Shown: positions 1-16,384, counted from the first letter of the stretch. The stretch: 64,000 bases of DNA from Octopus vulgaris (GCA_951406725.2 OX597831.1:81344001-81408000); one strand, 5' to 3'. Notes: generated from the sequence alone by a model not told the origin. A program made the numbers and translations.

Positions 1-144
1 CAGTTACCAATGTAGCAAAATTCACGCAAGTAACACGGATGTAGCGACCTATTCAAAGGTAGAAACTGTGGGTTAATGTGCGGTAATTTGTGTAGTATAA
101 GTAAATAAATGGAGTTGAACGCAGATGCTATTCAAATTCTTTTA

Positions 145-227
145 CTTTCGACATATGTTTCGAAGACAACATTGGTGTTATTCCAAAGGCATAATCGGTG
201 TAAAATGCAATCTTCTCATTAGGAAAG
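145..227 (-). ncRNA. Type I hammerhead ribozyme-like motif (G5A core variant)
   Basis: Minus strand reads CTTTC-CTAATGA-GAAGA..long loop..TCTTC-GAAAC-ATAT-GTC-GAAAG: stem I 5 bp, stem II 5+ bp, palindromic ACAUAUGU stem III, GUC triplet. Confidence 0.7.
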
Positions 228-263
228 AAAGAGAACCTATCTCAGCAACAAGACATTATAACA

Positions 264-352
<89 letters not shown>

Positions 353-1094
353 CATATCCTTGGTTTGCAGGATGTGATGTGGGGAGGTTCGTGTAGAGTT
401 TTTTAAAACAGTTAGTCGACCCGACCGCATAGAAGTTTCTTCATCGGTTTTTAACATTTTTCGTTTACATCCTCACCAGATCATCCAACTTTCTCACCTG
501 ACTACTGAACTTTTCCAGGTAAATCTATTATTATTATTCCTCATTACCTGGCAGATTTAAGTTAGACTAATTTAATTGAACTAATGATAAAATAGCTTTT
601 AAAAATACTTTTACGATTTGATAACGGTTAATATCTGCTTTTAGAAGTTTAGAAAATGGTAAATGTCTGCTGGCAAATAGTTGTTGCTGCTGCAGCTACT
701 GTTGTTGTTCTTGCTGTTTACTCCAGAGAAGTCTTGACTAAACAGAGCTATGTTAAAAGATATTCCATCCATGCCCATCCAGCTTATTGTATACCTTCTT
801 CAATCTGTACTTTCTGTTTTTAAGACAATACGATGGAATATGAAGAATATTTGACAGCTATTTCAAGCATGTCAAAGGACTAAGTGGTAGCTCCAGCATA
901 GCCGTGTTTTTGTCTTCGATAGTATGTCTGTATTTGTGTGATTTAGTAAAGAGATATGACTGAAACCCTTCACATCATTCCTTGGAATCTGCTTTAATAT
1001 TTTGAACTGATTAACCATCATAAAACATTGAAAATTTTATCGGCAAAACCTACTTCCACCCCACTCCCAGTGTCTACCACTTAGCTATCAATCA

Positions 1095-1324
<230 letters not shown>

Positions 1325-1574
1325 TTAGTTCTATAAACTAATTTCCCACCATTTCACTTATCTGTTGAAATAAAACAGTTTACTCCAGCAAGAAAGATAT
1401 TCACATGTCTCACTCACAGAATCTGATGGTCCGCGAGAAAAGAATGTCCTTTTTCTATGAGGCACTCACTTTGACTATGAGAATTTGAGGTCAGAAATGT
1501 GGATCAATTGAATACAAATGATCAATTGTCAGTGACACAGATGTATTAATAATTCTAATTTTTGACAGCGGTTT

Positions 1575-1756
1575 TCTGGGGAGAGGAATTGCCGATTGCA
1601 ACGATTCCAGTGTTCCACTGGTACTTAGTTTATCGACCTCGAATGGATGAAAAACAATATCGATCTCTATGGCATTTGAACTCAGAACATAAAGCCGGAA
1701 GAAATGCTGCTAAGCAATTTTTCCGGCGTGCTAAGGAACCTGCTAGCTCGCCTCCT
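1575..1756 (-). mobile_element. SINE family A, diverged
   Basis: GGTACTTAGTTTATCGACC..ATTTGAACTCAGAAC..TGCTAGCTCGCC. Confidence 0.75.
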
Positions 1757-3703
1757 TCAGTACAATAATAACAAATATAAAATGATAATTATGTTGATTT
1801 GTTTTTCGATCTTATGTCAATGAAAAGAGAATCGTCCTGCAAGAAATTTTTTTCGTAATTGGAAAGAAAAAAAAACTTTTTGGATATTTATTTGACTAAA
1901 TTTTCTCTCTCTATTTTTTCTTTTATCACAATGTTCAATATAAAAATAATCCTTTTTATTAACATTGAAAGAAGGTCAGAAAATTTGAGGAGAGATCACA
2001 GTACTTGACAGGTCCGTATTGTATCGACCATAGAAGGAAGAAATCAAAGCTGAACCCGATACGATTTGAATTCAGAATAAAAAGGGATATAATTAAATAC
2101 CACAAGGTATTTTGTTTGCTCTTCCTACTTTCACTAATCAGATATAGATAATTGCTTATATAAGTAAACCATAATCTGATACACATTCGATCAGTCTTTG
2201 CCTCGCATCAAATGAATGGTAATTCACGGAGCCAAATTTTATCTTGAAATGGTGTGGAATAGTTTGAAAGACATTGGGAAATTGAAGAAAATCTAGTGAA
2301 AATCTTGAAGAACGTCAGGTACCACGTTTTGGTTGTCTGTTTAAGAATTTCTGACAACGGAGTTAAAGTAATGCCGATATGTGTGAGCAAGTGAAATATA
2401 AAAGCGGGATAGATACGATACCACAAAACTCCAACGATAAGCAAACATGCCGTGTGTATAGAACTGTGAAATATGAATCTTGGCAGTAGAACAGATTATA
2501 AATGTTTGTTGTGTTTTGGTTTTTATGGGGTTGGTGCTGTTCGGAGCCGAATAAAACGGTTTAGCTGAAGACATTCATCTGATTGCTTTCCTGCCAAATT
2601 AATTGCCATTATCTGATGATAACCCCGAGAAAAAGAGAGAAAGCGAGAAGCAGAGAGGTGGAAGGGAGAGATAACGCTGCGAGATGAGTTTATCTTATTT
2701 CTGCTGGAACGGAAATAATATAAGTTTATATTCCAGACATTTAATTGTAATGTCAGCTTCTCTCTAAATGATGTAAAGCAAAAAAGAAAAAAAAAATGGC
2801 GAAAGTCATTCAGAAATGTTGTAAAACATGCAACGATCTCGAACGGAAATACTGGTAACTGACAATTTAATGCAGAGAATGATTGACTAGCAGCTAATGC
2901 AGCGTTGTCTACAGAGAAATAAATCTGATAAAATTCCATCATGGGCCTTCTGTCTGTCGTTAAAGTGATGTTGTTGTCGTAGCGTTAGTTCGTGTCTTTC
3001 CTATCTGAATTTCCAAAATCCATTTTTCCGTGGTTAAACAAAATGATTAAAAAATAATGATGATTGATAGGAATTCTTTCGATAAGAGTTGTTCTACTCC
3101 ATTTACTGCCTTCAACATTTGTCACTGTGTGGTTTGTTTTGTTATTCAGTGATGTGCATCGGAAGAACGAAAGTAGCAGTGCCACATACGATTTTATAGA
3201 GACACTGCGGTGCACACCAATCAGACAGTTCCTCCCAGCATCGCTAACGTTCTCCTCCTCCTCCTCGCTGTGCATGGGGAACCATATTTATTCCCAGAAA
3301 CAACAGTAACATCGTAGTTGCCTGCAATCAGTCAGGATCGAGGTTGAGTGACAACCAGATTCCAATTCTGTGGGCCTCTAACTAGGAAAACTGAAGTGGA
3401 ATCCACAAGTCCTCTCGCAGAACAGACGTTTATCTTCTTCTTCTACACATACATACATTCATACATACATACATACATACATACATACATACATACATAC
3501 ATACATACACACAGACAGACAGATATATAAGTTTGTATGTATATGAATATACATACGCATATATATGAATATACATGTGTATATGAGTATTTACTATATT
3601 AAGCCGGCAAAAAGTTACAAAAGTTACTCAAGGGACGAAAGCATTGTGCGTATCCTTGCAGTCACTTTTACAAATTTCTACCAATAAAAAATTTACCCCC
3701 CCC

Positions 3704-3743
<40 letters not shown>

Positions 3744-5441
3744 TCATGTGTTTCGTTGTATTAATCCTGTTTCTCTCACCAATGCTCTTTATGCATGTAG
3801 TGCTTCTGGCAGCTGTTTCAGTGATCCATTTACCTTTTGGAATCTTCTGAAGCTGCTGCTTCTTCGTATACAAAAAAGCTAAATGGTAGAAGAGAACTAC
3901 GTACCTTGACGGTACAGTGACCGAAAAGCACATGATTGGTGAAACGGTTGGACGGGAAGTGAATATGTCAGCTTATACGTAGCGACGAAATTATTTTGGC
4001 AAATTAGACTTAAATGTTGAACTTAAATGTTGCACAAGCATATCCGTACATAGACGCGTTTAAGCAACAGAAAAACAACAGGAGATTAAGATTAGTGATA
4101 ACAGTTTGTTGACAAGGTGAAGAAGTAAAAGAATGGTCATCTGCTCATTCGTCCTTCATCCCACAACTAAAGCTCTAGGGCTGCAACAGCTTCATCTCCA
4201 AGTTTCTGCCCTAAGAGTCCCTGTTTTTAAACCCGATAGTCGAAGTTTTATACTACTTCCTTCAAAGGCCCAGGTGTTTAGGAAACTAGCAACCGAGATC
4301 GGCCTAGACCATCGAACAGGGAAATTATGTGTCCATGATACCTCGACATCCTCACTGCAGGAGTTTCATTAAATCCACGTTTATGCCGACACTGTCATCT
4401 CCTGGTACCTGGATGTTAATTCACTCAGGTAGAACAGTGGGATATTCTATGCTTGTATTACACCAATATATTAGACTTTGTGGATGTTTTTTTATTTAAT
4501 GTACCCCGAGATTATGTACCCAGAATTTCGAACTTGTATGCTTACATTTTGTGCCCTGATCTCAGAACACTGGAATTTGTATTTCATGATTCTATATCCC
4601 GGACTTCTATCTGTATCTGGTCTTATCCGGCACAGACTTCCTATGTCACTTGCATTACTTATTATATTACAGTAATATGATTATATTAAAAGTACTTCAT
4701 ATGATAATAGTAATTTAACTGTGCGTTTGTCTGTAGATATTAAAATGTATTGTAATAATTTTATAGTTCCATACTGAATTACTGGTTGAATTTCTCTTCC
4801 GATCAATGTTCTGATATTTGTCTTTTGAATCATAAGATGGAATTAAAGTTAGTGTCCCTCATTTGCTCCCATCCCTTCCTTACCAATTCCTTATTTCACT
4901 GCAAGTTAAGGACTTGTCACAGTACAATTCTACCCCTTCCCCTGGCAGCAATACCTCACTCTAACGAAAGAGCAGACTTCACTTCGGTACCCGTCTTTTC
5001 CCCGAATCTTTCTGCTGATTCATGTTAAATGCCTAGATGATTAGCTAATTACAAATCTCCATCTTACCACTGCCCCAAAGATTTAGCCATTTCCTCTATG
5101 TACAGCTGCAGTGAGAGATTCTTCCAAAGCTAGGAGGGCTGAGGAAGTGAGAGAACCTCATAGGAAACTCCACAATGACACGTTACTGGAAAAGTTCAAA
5201 TAAATTATTAGTCTCTATCGTGATACTTTTCCCGCAACTGATTAAGCTCAAAGAATGTGTGTGTGTATGTGTGTGAGTGTGTCTGTCTGTCTGTCAGTCT
5301 GTCAGTCTGTATGTATGTTTGTATGAATGTAAGTATGTATGTATGCATATGTATATATACAAAAATATATTAATACAAATGTGTCTATATATATACACTC
5401 ATCTGTGCAAATATATGTGTGTGTTTGTGTGTGTGCATGCA

Positions 5442-5488
<47 letters not shown>

Positions 5489-5507
5489 ATATTATACGTA
5501 TATACGC

Positions 5508-5620
<113 letters not shown>

Positions 5621-5631
5621 CCGTTAGTATT

Positions 5632-5795
5632 CCGTTAGATTCAACATTTAAATTTAATTTACTAAAACATTTTCCTTACTTTGATACCGTGAGCTGTTCA
5701 GTCACCAAATTCCGGACAGCACAGAATTTTGTCAGTCTCAAAGCGACGAAATTATTTTGGCAAATTAGACTTAAATGTTGAACTAAATCTAACGG
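5632..5795. repeat. Diverged inverted repeat (arms ~55 bp)
   Basis: 5632-5684 is approximately the reverse complement of 5738-5795. The right arm also occurs at 3981-4028. Sits between (TA)n and (TATG)n tracts. Confidence 0.7.
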
Positions 5796-5842
5796 TTTTT
5801 GTGTGCTTTTAAATGGTTTATAAACACCTTCCACGCTGCATA

Positions 5843-6131
5843 TATGTATGTATGTATGTATGTATGTATTGTATGTATGTATGTATGTATGTATGTATGT
5901 ATGTATGTATGTATTGTATGTATGTATGTATGTATGTATGTATGTATGTATGTATGTATTGTATGTATGTATGTATGTATGTATGTATGTATGTATGTAT
6001 GTATGTATGTATGTATGTATTGTATGTATGTATGTATGTATGTATGTATGTATGTATGTATGTATGTATGTATGTATGTATGTATGTATGTATGTATGTA
6101 TGTATGTATTGTATGTATGTATGTATGTATG

Positions 6132-6165
<34 letters not shown>

Positions 6166-6397
6166 TGTATGTATGTATTGTATGTATGTATGTATGTATG
6201 TATGTATGTATGTATTGTATGTATGTATGTATGTATGTATATATGTATGCATGTATGTATGTATGTATGTATGTATGTATGTATTGTATGTATGTATGTA
6301 TGTATGCATGTATGTATGTATGTATGTATGTATGTATGTATGTATGTATGTATGTATGTATTGTATGTATGTATGTATGTATGTATGTATGTATGTA
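5843..6397. repeat. (TATG)n microsatellite with recurrent TATTG interruptions
   Basis: About 550 bp array; source of the long YVCM/HTYI pseudo-ORFs. Confidence 0.95.
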
Positions 6398-6905
6398 TAT
6401 GAAACAACCCGAAATACAATATAGACCGTAGTTATGCTTCGGGATTCCAGTTCTTAGCAATTTCACTGTAAATTGTTAACTAAGTTTGTCACCTGAATGA
6501 GCGACCAGATCTTATCTCATAAGAATCTCTTTCATACACGTGAATACACACACACACACACACACATGCACATTCATACCTGTATGAATATAGAATGACA
6601 TGGTGATATAGTAAAGTAAATCAAGTTGAATGAAGAGGTGGTGGGGGTTCTATCACCAGCTCCCTTCTAATTGGAGTGTAGCGAGACTGAAACAAAGCTC
6701 ATTTGAAGAGTAATGATGCAAGCCCTGAATGAGGGGGGTCAATGAGTGTGCTTGAAGGGGTCGTGGCTACAGGGTCACACGGTGTGGAATGTATTAATTA
6801 ACCGGGTGAGGGTGGTCGGGGCGGTGGTAATTTCATGGAGAACAATAATCTCACAGGTAAATACGTAGACCGCAACTAAGGAATATCTAGCTATCTGTCC
6901 GTCTG

Positions 6906-6944
<39 letters not shown>

Positions 6945-7575
6945 ATTACATATACACATATATAGACATGTGTGTAATTATGTGTGTATATATTCTTATA
7001 AATGTGTATATATATTTATGCGTATATACACATTTATATACATAAATATGTGTGTTGTATAGCTGCTACGCTACGACGTCCCGTTCAATGTCTTCCTAAG
7101 GCATTCAACCTTTACAATTAATAAATGTATTTGATCATCTACAGAAGTGTATTGAGAGAACCTTTAATAAATCTCTAACTCTGTTTTAGATATATATCAC
7201 TATACACCTATAAACATATATATGTATGTAGGTTGTATGTATGCATTTATATACACACGCATATACATATATACAGGTGCACACTCACATATGTGGATAG
7301 AAAAAGAATATTTTTTAAGGCTACCAAACGCAAATATTGTTACGAATTCTAAATGTAGATTCTATCGTGTCCAGATTTTGCACAGGTCGACATCGCAGCC
7401 GAAGCTGAAAGGATGAACAAGTCACATCTAATTACATTAAAGACATTTTACCTGGAGTAACAGCTCCACTACTACTCCACCGCCCTTTTTGATAAATGAT
7501 AATTAAACATTCCAAGACACGGACAAATTATACATGCATACATACCTACATACATGCATATATATAAATATATAT

Positions 7576-7643
<68 letters not shown>

Positions 7644-7965
7644 ACATATATGTTGTCTTATTTGGGGAAGGTCATTTTGTGGATAAACACACGCACTGTT
7701 CACTTTAGCTTTATATTTATTTTTATTTGTCTTTCGTCACACATTCTGCAACCTCTTCAATAACAATCAAATCTTCGTATCTGCTCTTCTTTCTGGTTTT
7801 GTCCTCTCTATTCCATCTTGTCTTTCTGTGGTATAAAATGTCACAGAAAGGCCACAGAGGATAGACAAGACAAGACCAGAGAAGAAACACAGAGAAGATA
7901 TAGCCATGAAAGAGATCACAGAATGTGCAACGAAAAATCTCTGAAAAACTAATAATAATAATAAC

Positions 7966-8040
<75 letters not shown>

Positions 8041-8369
8041 TAGGGATCAAATGAATAGCGCGTGTGTTTATTGGCAAAATGATCATCTCCAAATATAACA
8101 AAATCTGTTTCAACACGATTTCACATCATGAAACTTGCAAAGCAAATACATAAGGCGTATATATATATATACACACACACGCACAGATGCGTGTGTGAGT
8201 GTATGTGTGACTGTATACGAACGTGTGTGTATGTGTGCGCGCGCACAATTTCAATTGAATATATGTTTCTTATCAAACGATCTCCAACACTTTACAGTTG
8301 AATAAATGTAAGCCATCAATTGAGTGTTTCAGCTGTGAGCCAAAGGTGAAACGTGTCTGTAGTAGTAGC

Positions 8370-8440
<71 letters not shown>

Positions 8441-8986
8441 CTGATGTTGTATTAGATAGCTATCTATAATTAAAGCTATTTCTATACTGATGCTTATCTA
8501 TAATTTAACTCCATTAAATTATACCAGGTTCACACGAAACACAACGCATAAAATTCTAAACAAATTTATTTCGTTGCTGACAGAAACACAAGCCTTTATT
8601 TGTTTTGTCACCGTTATTGTCAGTGCGGCCATATTGTTTTTATTGAAATAATCTTCGTTGATTTTATATTGCAGAAGGACAGATCTTTCATGTTAGCTGC
8701 GAATAAATATTTATTCCTTGTTGTTGTTGATATGCAGGTCAGCCAACCTTGATCCAGGAGCCAGGCCCCAAAGTGTTTCAGCTGTGACAAACCCTGTGTT
8801 TTATTATATTCTTCCTGTAATAAACAATCTAAGACTACATTATCTAATGTGTCCTTCCGTTTTTTGAGATGAAGAGTGAGATTTAAAGAGATTTGCTGCA
8901 GTTTTGTTTTAGCATTGTATACGATCGATGACCAAAAATATAAACGTTTCTTTGTTTCTTTGTATATATTTTGCATATACACAAAA

Positions 8987-9040
<54 letters not shown>

Positions 9041-9123
9041 TTTATATATATGTATGTATATACATATATATATATATCTGTATGTATATACATATATATA
9101 TATCTAAACATATCCATATATAT

Positions 9124-9156
<33 letters not shown>

Positions 9157-9294
9157 AATTGAGATAGGGGTTGTAAGTGCAACCCTCTGCTTTTTATATT
9201 TAACCCTCTTATGTGGTGGTTTAATAAAGTATGTGATTGAGTATTATCTGGTAATTGATATTTGATTTAGATGTATTTCTCCATTTTCTTATCT

Positions 9295-9336
<42 letters not shown>

Positions 9337-9374
9337 ATCAACTGGTGCGACCACGTGAGCGTGTAATATATGGC

Positions 9375-9649
9375 GAGAATTCACACAAAAACAGAAGATG
9401 AAGACAGGTGGTGTAGACAACAAACAGATGTATTAGTTTAATGCTCGGGAAGGGAAAAATGTCTTTAACGTTCGCCATGATAGATCGCTAGCCACTACGC
9501 ACATTTTTTTCTCTCCTTGTTTCTTTCTGTGGAAGAGCGTAGGCTCGAAACGTTAAAGGCTTCTTCACTTCCCGAGCGTTATACTAATACATCTGTTTGT
9601 TGTCTACACCACCTGTCTTCGTCTTTTGTTGTTGTTTTTATGAATTCTC
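9375..9649. mobile_element. Hammerhead-bearing short element (family H1) with inverted partial copy (foldback)
   Basis: 9375-9472 is the reverse complement of 9549-9649. The complete unit is 9473-9651 on +. (TA)n tracts lie on both sides. Confidence 0.75.
9523..9558 (+). ncRNA. Hammerhead-like motif, CUGUNGA variant
   Basis: CTTT-CTGTGGA-A-GAGC-GTAG-GCTC-GAAACGT-T-AAAG. Same architecture as 61081-61115. Confidence 0.6.
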
Positions 9650-9658
9650 CCCATATAT

Positions 9659-9744
<86 letters not shown>

Positions 9745-9854
9745 TGAGTGATCTTTCAGTTTAATATAAAATTGTTTTTGCTATAATTTGACAAATAAGC
9801 AAACGCTAATGTGTGTGTGTGTATCTTATGTATGTATATATGCGTCTATAGGTG

Positions 9855-9909
<55 letters not shown>

Positions 9910-10615
9910 TATACATATATAAATGTGTGTATGTGTGCGTGAGTGAGTGCAATACATATGTATACTTGGATGCATGTATATATGTATCTATACATGAGTA
10001 TATGTGTTTGTGAGTGTGTGTGTGCTTGTATCTGTGTATCTTATGTTTGTATACATGTGTCTGAGTGTCTTATGTATGCATGCATATGCATGGATGTATG
10101 CATGTATATATGCATATATACGTGTGCGTGTGTGTTTGTGTGCGTGTGTGTGTGTATGCATGTGTGTGTAACGGTGACATTTCTCATCAAGTTCTCTCAG
10201 GATTGGTCCCTTAGCTTTGATACTCGGTTTGATCCTGGGGCTGATCCGGGCGCTGCATTGTACAATGACTTTTAAGATTCAGACGCAAAGGTTTCCTGTG
10301 TCTGCTTCGATTCGATTCTCAATAAACGAACAGAAATCTGTCCAGAACTGAATAGATTTCAAATGGCCAATGATACAAAGATATTAATTAATTGAGGGAA
10401 CGAAAGATGAAATCAAACATAATAGACTCCATTAATCTTTCTCTCTCTCTCTCTCTCTCTCTCTCATACACGCAAACACACACGCATACACACGCGTACA
10501 CTTCAGTATACATATGTACATACACACAGACATACATACATATGTTTATGTAAATAGATAGATAGATACGTCTGAGTAGATGTGAATATATGTATAGGTA
10601 TATTATATGTATAGG

Positions 10616-10727
<112 letters not shown>

Positions 10728-10801
10728 ATATGTGTTTGTGTGTGTATTCTGCGTAACAGCTTTTGTGATGTTTTTGCCGCTTTATTTATAAATTTATAAA
10801 G

Positions 10802-10842
<41 letters not shown>

Positions 10843-10861
10843 GTATATATATATATGTATG

Positions 10862-10904
<43 letters not shown>

Positions 10905-10912
10905 AGTAAGTT

Positions 10913-10948
<36 letters not shown>

Positions 10949-11660
10949 ATATATATATATATAATAAATTAATATATAAATAAAACATATGCATATATAC
11001 AAACATATATGTACGTACCTATATATATATATATATATATACATACATACATACATACAAACATACATACATACATACATACATACAAACATACATACAT
11101 ACATACATACATACATACATACATACATACATACAAACATACATACATACATACATACATACAAACATACATACATACATACATACATACATACATACAA
11201 ACATACATACAAACATACATACATGCATACATACATATTACGAAACAAAAGGAAATTAAATAGAAACAGAAAAATTGGAATATTTCGTTTACTGAAGGAA
11301 AAAAAGAGAGAATGAAAGATGTGAAGAAAGTGGAAGTGGTACACACACACACACACACACACAGACACATACATCGGCACACTAGCACGCACACGAGTAC
11401 CAATATAGTATTAACATATATACTAAAAGACCAGCGGTAGTATATATAGAAAGAAACAAAACGGCAGACGATTTTCACATATTTATTTCACCTTTGCAAT
11501 AAAAGAAAAAGAAGGAATTTTATATATATATATATATATACACGCACACACACAGAATATCTATATATATATATACACTCTTACGTACATATACGTATAT
11601 ATGTACGTAGGTGCATACGTGTGCGTGTGCAAATATATAATTATATATATTCTTATATGT

Positions 11661-11755
<95 letters not shown>

Positions 11756-12081
11756 TGTATATACACATATATTTCTTTGTGTGAAAACAAGGAAAAATTA
11801 CAAGAATTATTAGATTTACGTTTTTTTTTTACGGAAAATAAAATAAGAATTCGAAATTCGGTCTAGAACCAATTGATCCATGTGAAATAATCAAAGTAGT
11901 GATCATATATACAATTAAACATTTATTACCATTTCCATGAGATTAATTTTGCTATTGACCTCTGCGATATTGATCTTTTATTTATATATATATAGATTTC
12001 TGCGAAGTTTTATTTTACAAAGAATGAATATTCACATTAGTACACAGACAATTGCCAAAATGAAGCACCTGTACACATATA

Positions 12082-12133
<52 letters not shown>

Positions 12134-12373
12134 TTTGTATACACACATATATATATATATTTGCTTGAATATATATTTTTGTGTCATTCTGAGTGTGTGC
12201 GCGTGTTTCAGTGTGCGTGTGTGTATGTATGTGCAGATTTTCATAATGTGTATGCGTGTTTGTGAGAAAGAGAGAGAGAGAGAGTATATGTATGCATGCA
12301 TTCGTTATTTGTCAAATTATATATCTACAGACATTTAAGTGGAAATCTAGAAGATATATTTGCATACTTTCGT

Positions 12374-12424
<51 letters not shown>

Positions 12425-12680
12425 TATTAAGTAACCAAATATATTTGTAGGCAGTTGTTAGTGAGAAATATTATTGTGTGACGTTAAATTAAACGAAACG
12501 GAACTTTTAGGTTTCTTTAATTTTTTGTCCCAGCAAGTTTTAATCTAACACACACACACACACACACAGACTCTCACACACACATATGTATGTATGTAAA
12601 TGTTTGTATGTATGTATGTACGTATATATTTATGTGTGTATGTATGTATATATTATATATATGTAAATATATATATATAC

Positions 12681-12773
<93 letters not shown>

Positions 12774-13082
12774 TACATATATACGTATATATATGTGTAT
12801 ATATATATATACACACAGTTTGAATGAAGCATTGCCCGATGGCTATAAATGTTTTTAATTATTGCAATCATATATAGACTAATTGAAGGTATATATATTT
12901 ATTCACATAAGTACTATATATATATATATGTGTGTGTGTGAGTGTGTTAGCGTATACGATATTTACACATACATATATACATATATTTATATGCATGTAT
13001 ATAATGTGTATATGTATATATATATATATATTTATATATACACACACAGACACACATATATATATACAAATATATATATATA

Positions 13083-13119
<37 letters not shown>

Positions 13120-13555
13120 CATATCATATCGTGTCATATCTATTTCATTTAGATGGTTACTCTATTAACCTCATCGACAGAAATTCATAAGTTTATACAA
13201 TTACTCAAATACGGCTATTATGCATAAATCTGAAGTGTCGACGTTCGATTCTATCTGTAAAATGATATCTCTGGGACCTATTTTTGCATCTATTATATAA
13301 TAATATATTTTACAAGAATATAGATATAATTTCGGGATTGAATATTGATGAAACAGTTGTTAATTTATATTGAGACTCTTTGCTCGCTCCATTCTTGTGA
13401 ATATACACATTCATATATGTATGCATCTGTATATACGTATGTAGGTATGTATTTATGTATATATATATATAGATAGATATATATATATATATACACACAC
13501 ACATACAAACATGTATAATTGGTAAAGGTGAAATGTGTGTGCGTACATATCTATA

Positions 13556-13589
<34 letters not shown>

Positions 13590-13827
13590 CATATAATAAT
13601 ACACACATACATATATATACATGTGTGTGTGTGAAAGCATACATACACACGTATTCATGCAAATATATGACTACATATGTTTCTGTATGTATTCAGCGTC
13701 AGATAAACTTTTTGTGGCATTTTTGAAAGAATATGAAATGGTATCAACAATAGAATTTTAATTCTCCACAATTATATATTCCATCCATATATTTCATACT
13801 CTTTCACACGCTCATATATATATATAC

Positions 13828-13863
<36 letters not shown>

Positions 13864-14180
13864 CATATATATATAAACATATATATATAATGCATTGTGT
13901 GGGTATATATTCTTATAAATGTGTCTGTCGTAGCTAATTATTAATTAAATTCGTCTATTCTAGTATATATGCTATACTCTTTTGCACACACATATATATA
14001 TATACATATATACACATCTTCCTGTCGAGAGTCCCAGACCTCACGACAAGAGGTGCAAATGAGAGTAGCTATATCAAACTCCATTCTTCACTAAGTGCCA
14101 CATATTAGACGAGGTTCTTCGTAATAATAGTGTAGCACAAAACGGCGGTGCATCAGCATGGTCGCAGCTCTGAGCTGAAA

Positions 14181-14281
<101 letters not shown>

Positions 14282-14362
14282 TTATGTATATATGTATGTA
14301 TATATATGTATATGCTTAAATTTATAGATTTTAGCTATATTCTTTATATATATATATGCGTG

Positions 14363-14476
<114 letters not shown>

Positions 14477-15087
14477 TCTACATACATATGTATAAAATAT
14501 ACATGTTCATGTATATGTATATATTTATGTATTTACGTATGGATGTTTCAGTGTGTACATTTGTGCAGATGTCTGTATATATGTGTGTGTGTGTGTGTGT
14601 GCGTGTGTGTGTGTATGCGTGTATGTGTGTGCGTGTGTGTGTATGTGCATACATGCTCCGTCTATACATTTTAACAATGAGCATTAAAAAATAAAATAAG
14701 AGCAACATAAAACACAATGTAGATAATGTTATTTGTCTCTCTCCACTCATTAAATAGCCGCCACTGTAACCACCACATCCAACGATCGAATCCACGTAAG
14801 GAAGATAATTTTGAGTATGAAATAGAACAAAAATAAACAGCCAATATAATCGCCCGTTTGTTTGCATTACACATTTGTGTGAGTGTTTGCGTCTGTGTCT
14901 GTGTTTGTGTGTAAGTATATATATAATTATATATATATATATATATATATACATATATACGAACATATTTACACACATAACAGGCATATATATATATATA
15001 TATATATTTGTGTATGCATACGGTGAACTTATTTGTACAAGAAATTTTTTCAATATAATATAGTGCATTCACCTTTGAACTAATTCA

Positions 15088-15134
<47 letters not shown>

Positions 15135-15383
15135 TGTATGTCTATGAATTCAATAGAGTCCTGTCTGCAAACTGAGTCGCGGTGACCAAATTGTTTCTCC
15201 CTTTCTCTGTCCATACATTTAGATATTTATTGGCAATTAACAATTCCTTCTGCTTATTTAGGTTTCGTTTTCTTAATTCTGAAGCAGCTTGGTAATTATG
15301 TTTTTCTTTCGCTCCTCCCAAATTAATCAATATATGTATGTATGTATGTATGTATTTATACGTACATACATGTATGTATGCAG

Positions 15384-15445
<62 letters not shown>

Positions 15446-16238
15446 GAAGTTATTTCTAGTGAAGTCATCATTGCATGTGCTCACCACTGTGACAGTTATG
15501 AAACTAGTTATTGAGAAAATCGGAAGAGCACCAGAGCAGATACCTGGCGCTTTTTCATTGCAATTGATCAAATTGTTCCAATCCCATTTCGTTTCCCTTG
15601 TTGTCTTCCCCAGTTTTGACTTCCACTGAGACAACAACTCTACGTCTTCTCCACGTTAATGTCTGGCCTTGCGGCTTCGTTTGGATCCATCGTTATCATC
15701 ATCATTATCCTGATTATTATAATTATAATTATAATTATTATTATTATTGTTGTTGTTGTTTTTCTTATTTACAATATGATATCTTAATAATAATAATCAT
15801 AATAATAACAATTTCCGTCATCAAGAGTTATTGTAGTTTTATTTTATCTTGTACTTATTTTCTATCATTTGGAGAAAAAAGTTCATTTACAATTTGTTTC
15901 TTGTTTCCTCAAACAATTTCTTCATTACATAAGCGGCCGTTGCCCCGTTATTTTTGTTGTTGATATTCTCTTTACATTATATACTGTCCATTTTTGTTTA
16001 TTTTTTTTTTTTCACAATTCCTTCAAGAACAAAGCTCTTAAATATTCATGTTTCTGTTTGTAGAGAGTATTTATTCTGGAAATTATAATTTTTATTATCA
16101 TCATCATCATCACCATCACCATCATCATCGTCATCAACATCATCATCATCATCATAGCCGTCATCATTTTGCTTTTAGCACAGTGGTATAATTATACCAG
16201 TAGACTGATCTATAAAGAAAAAATGTTCTTTTCATTTC

Positions 16239-16285
<47 letters not shown>

Positions 16286-16331
16286 CATTGAGTGAGAGAG
16301 CAGTTCATGCCATCAAAGTGACTATTATTAA

Positions 16332-16382
<51 letters not shown>

Positions 16383-16384
16383 GA

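Noticed and set aside
5676-6466. Long ORFs of 160-290 aa (also 26906-27626, 29764-30913, 36747-37528, 44149-44653)
   Set aside because: Translations of (TATG)n, (CA)n, (TA)n and (ATCC)n microsatellites that lack stop codons; no protein signal.
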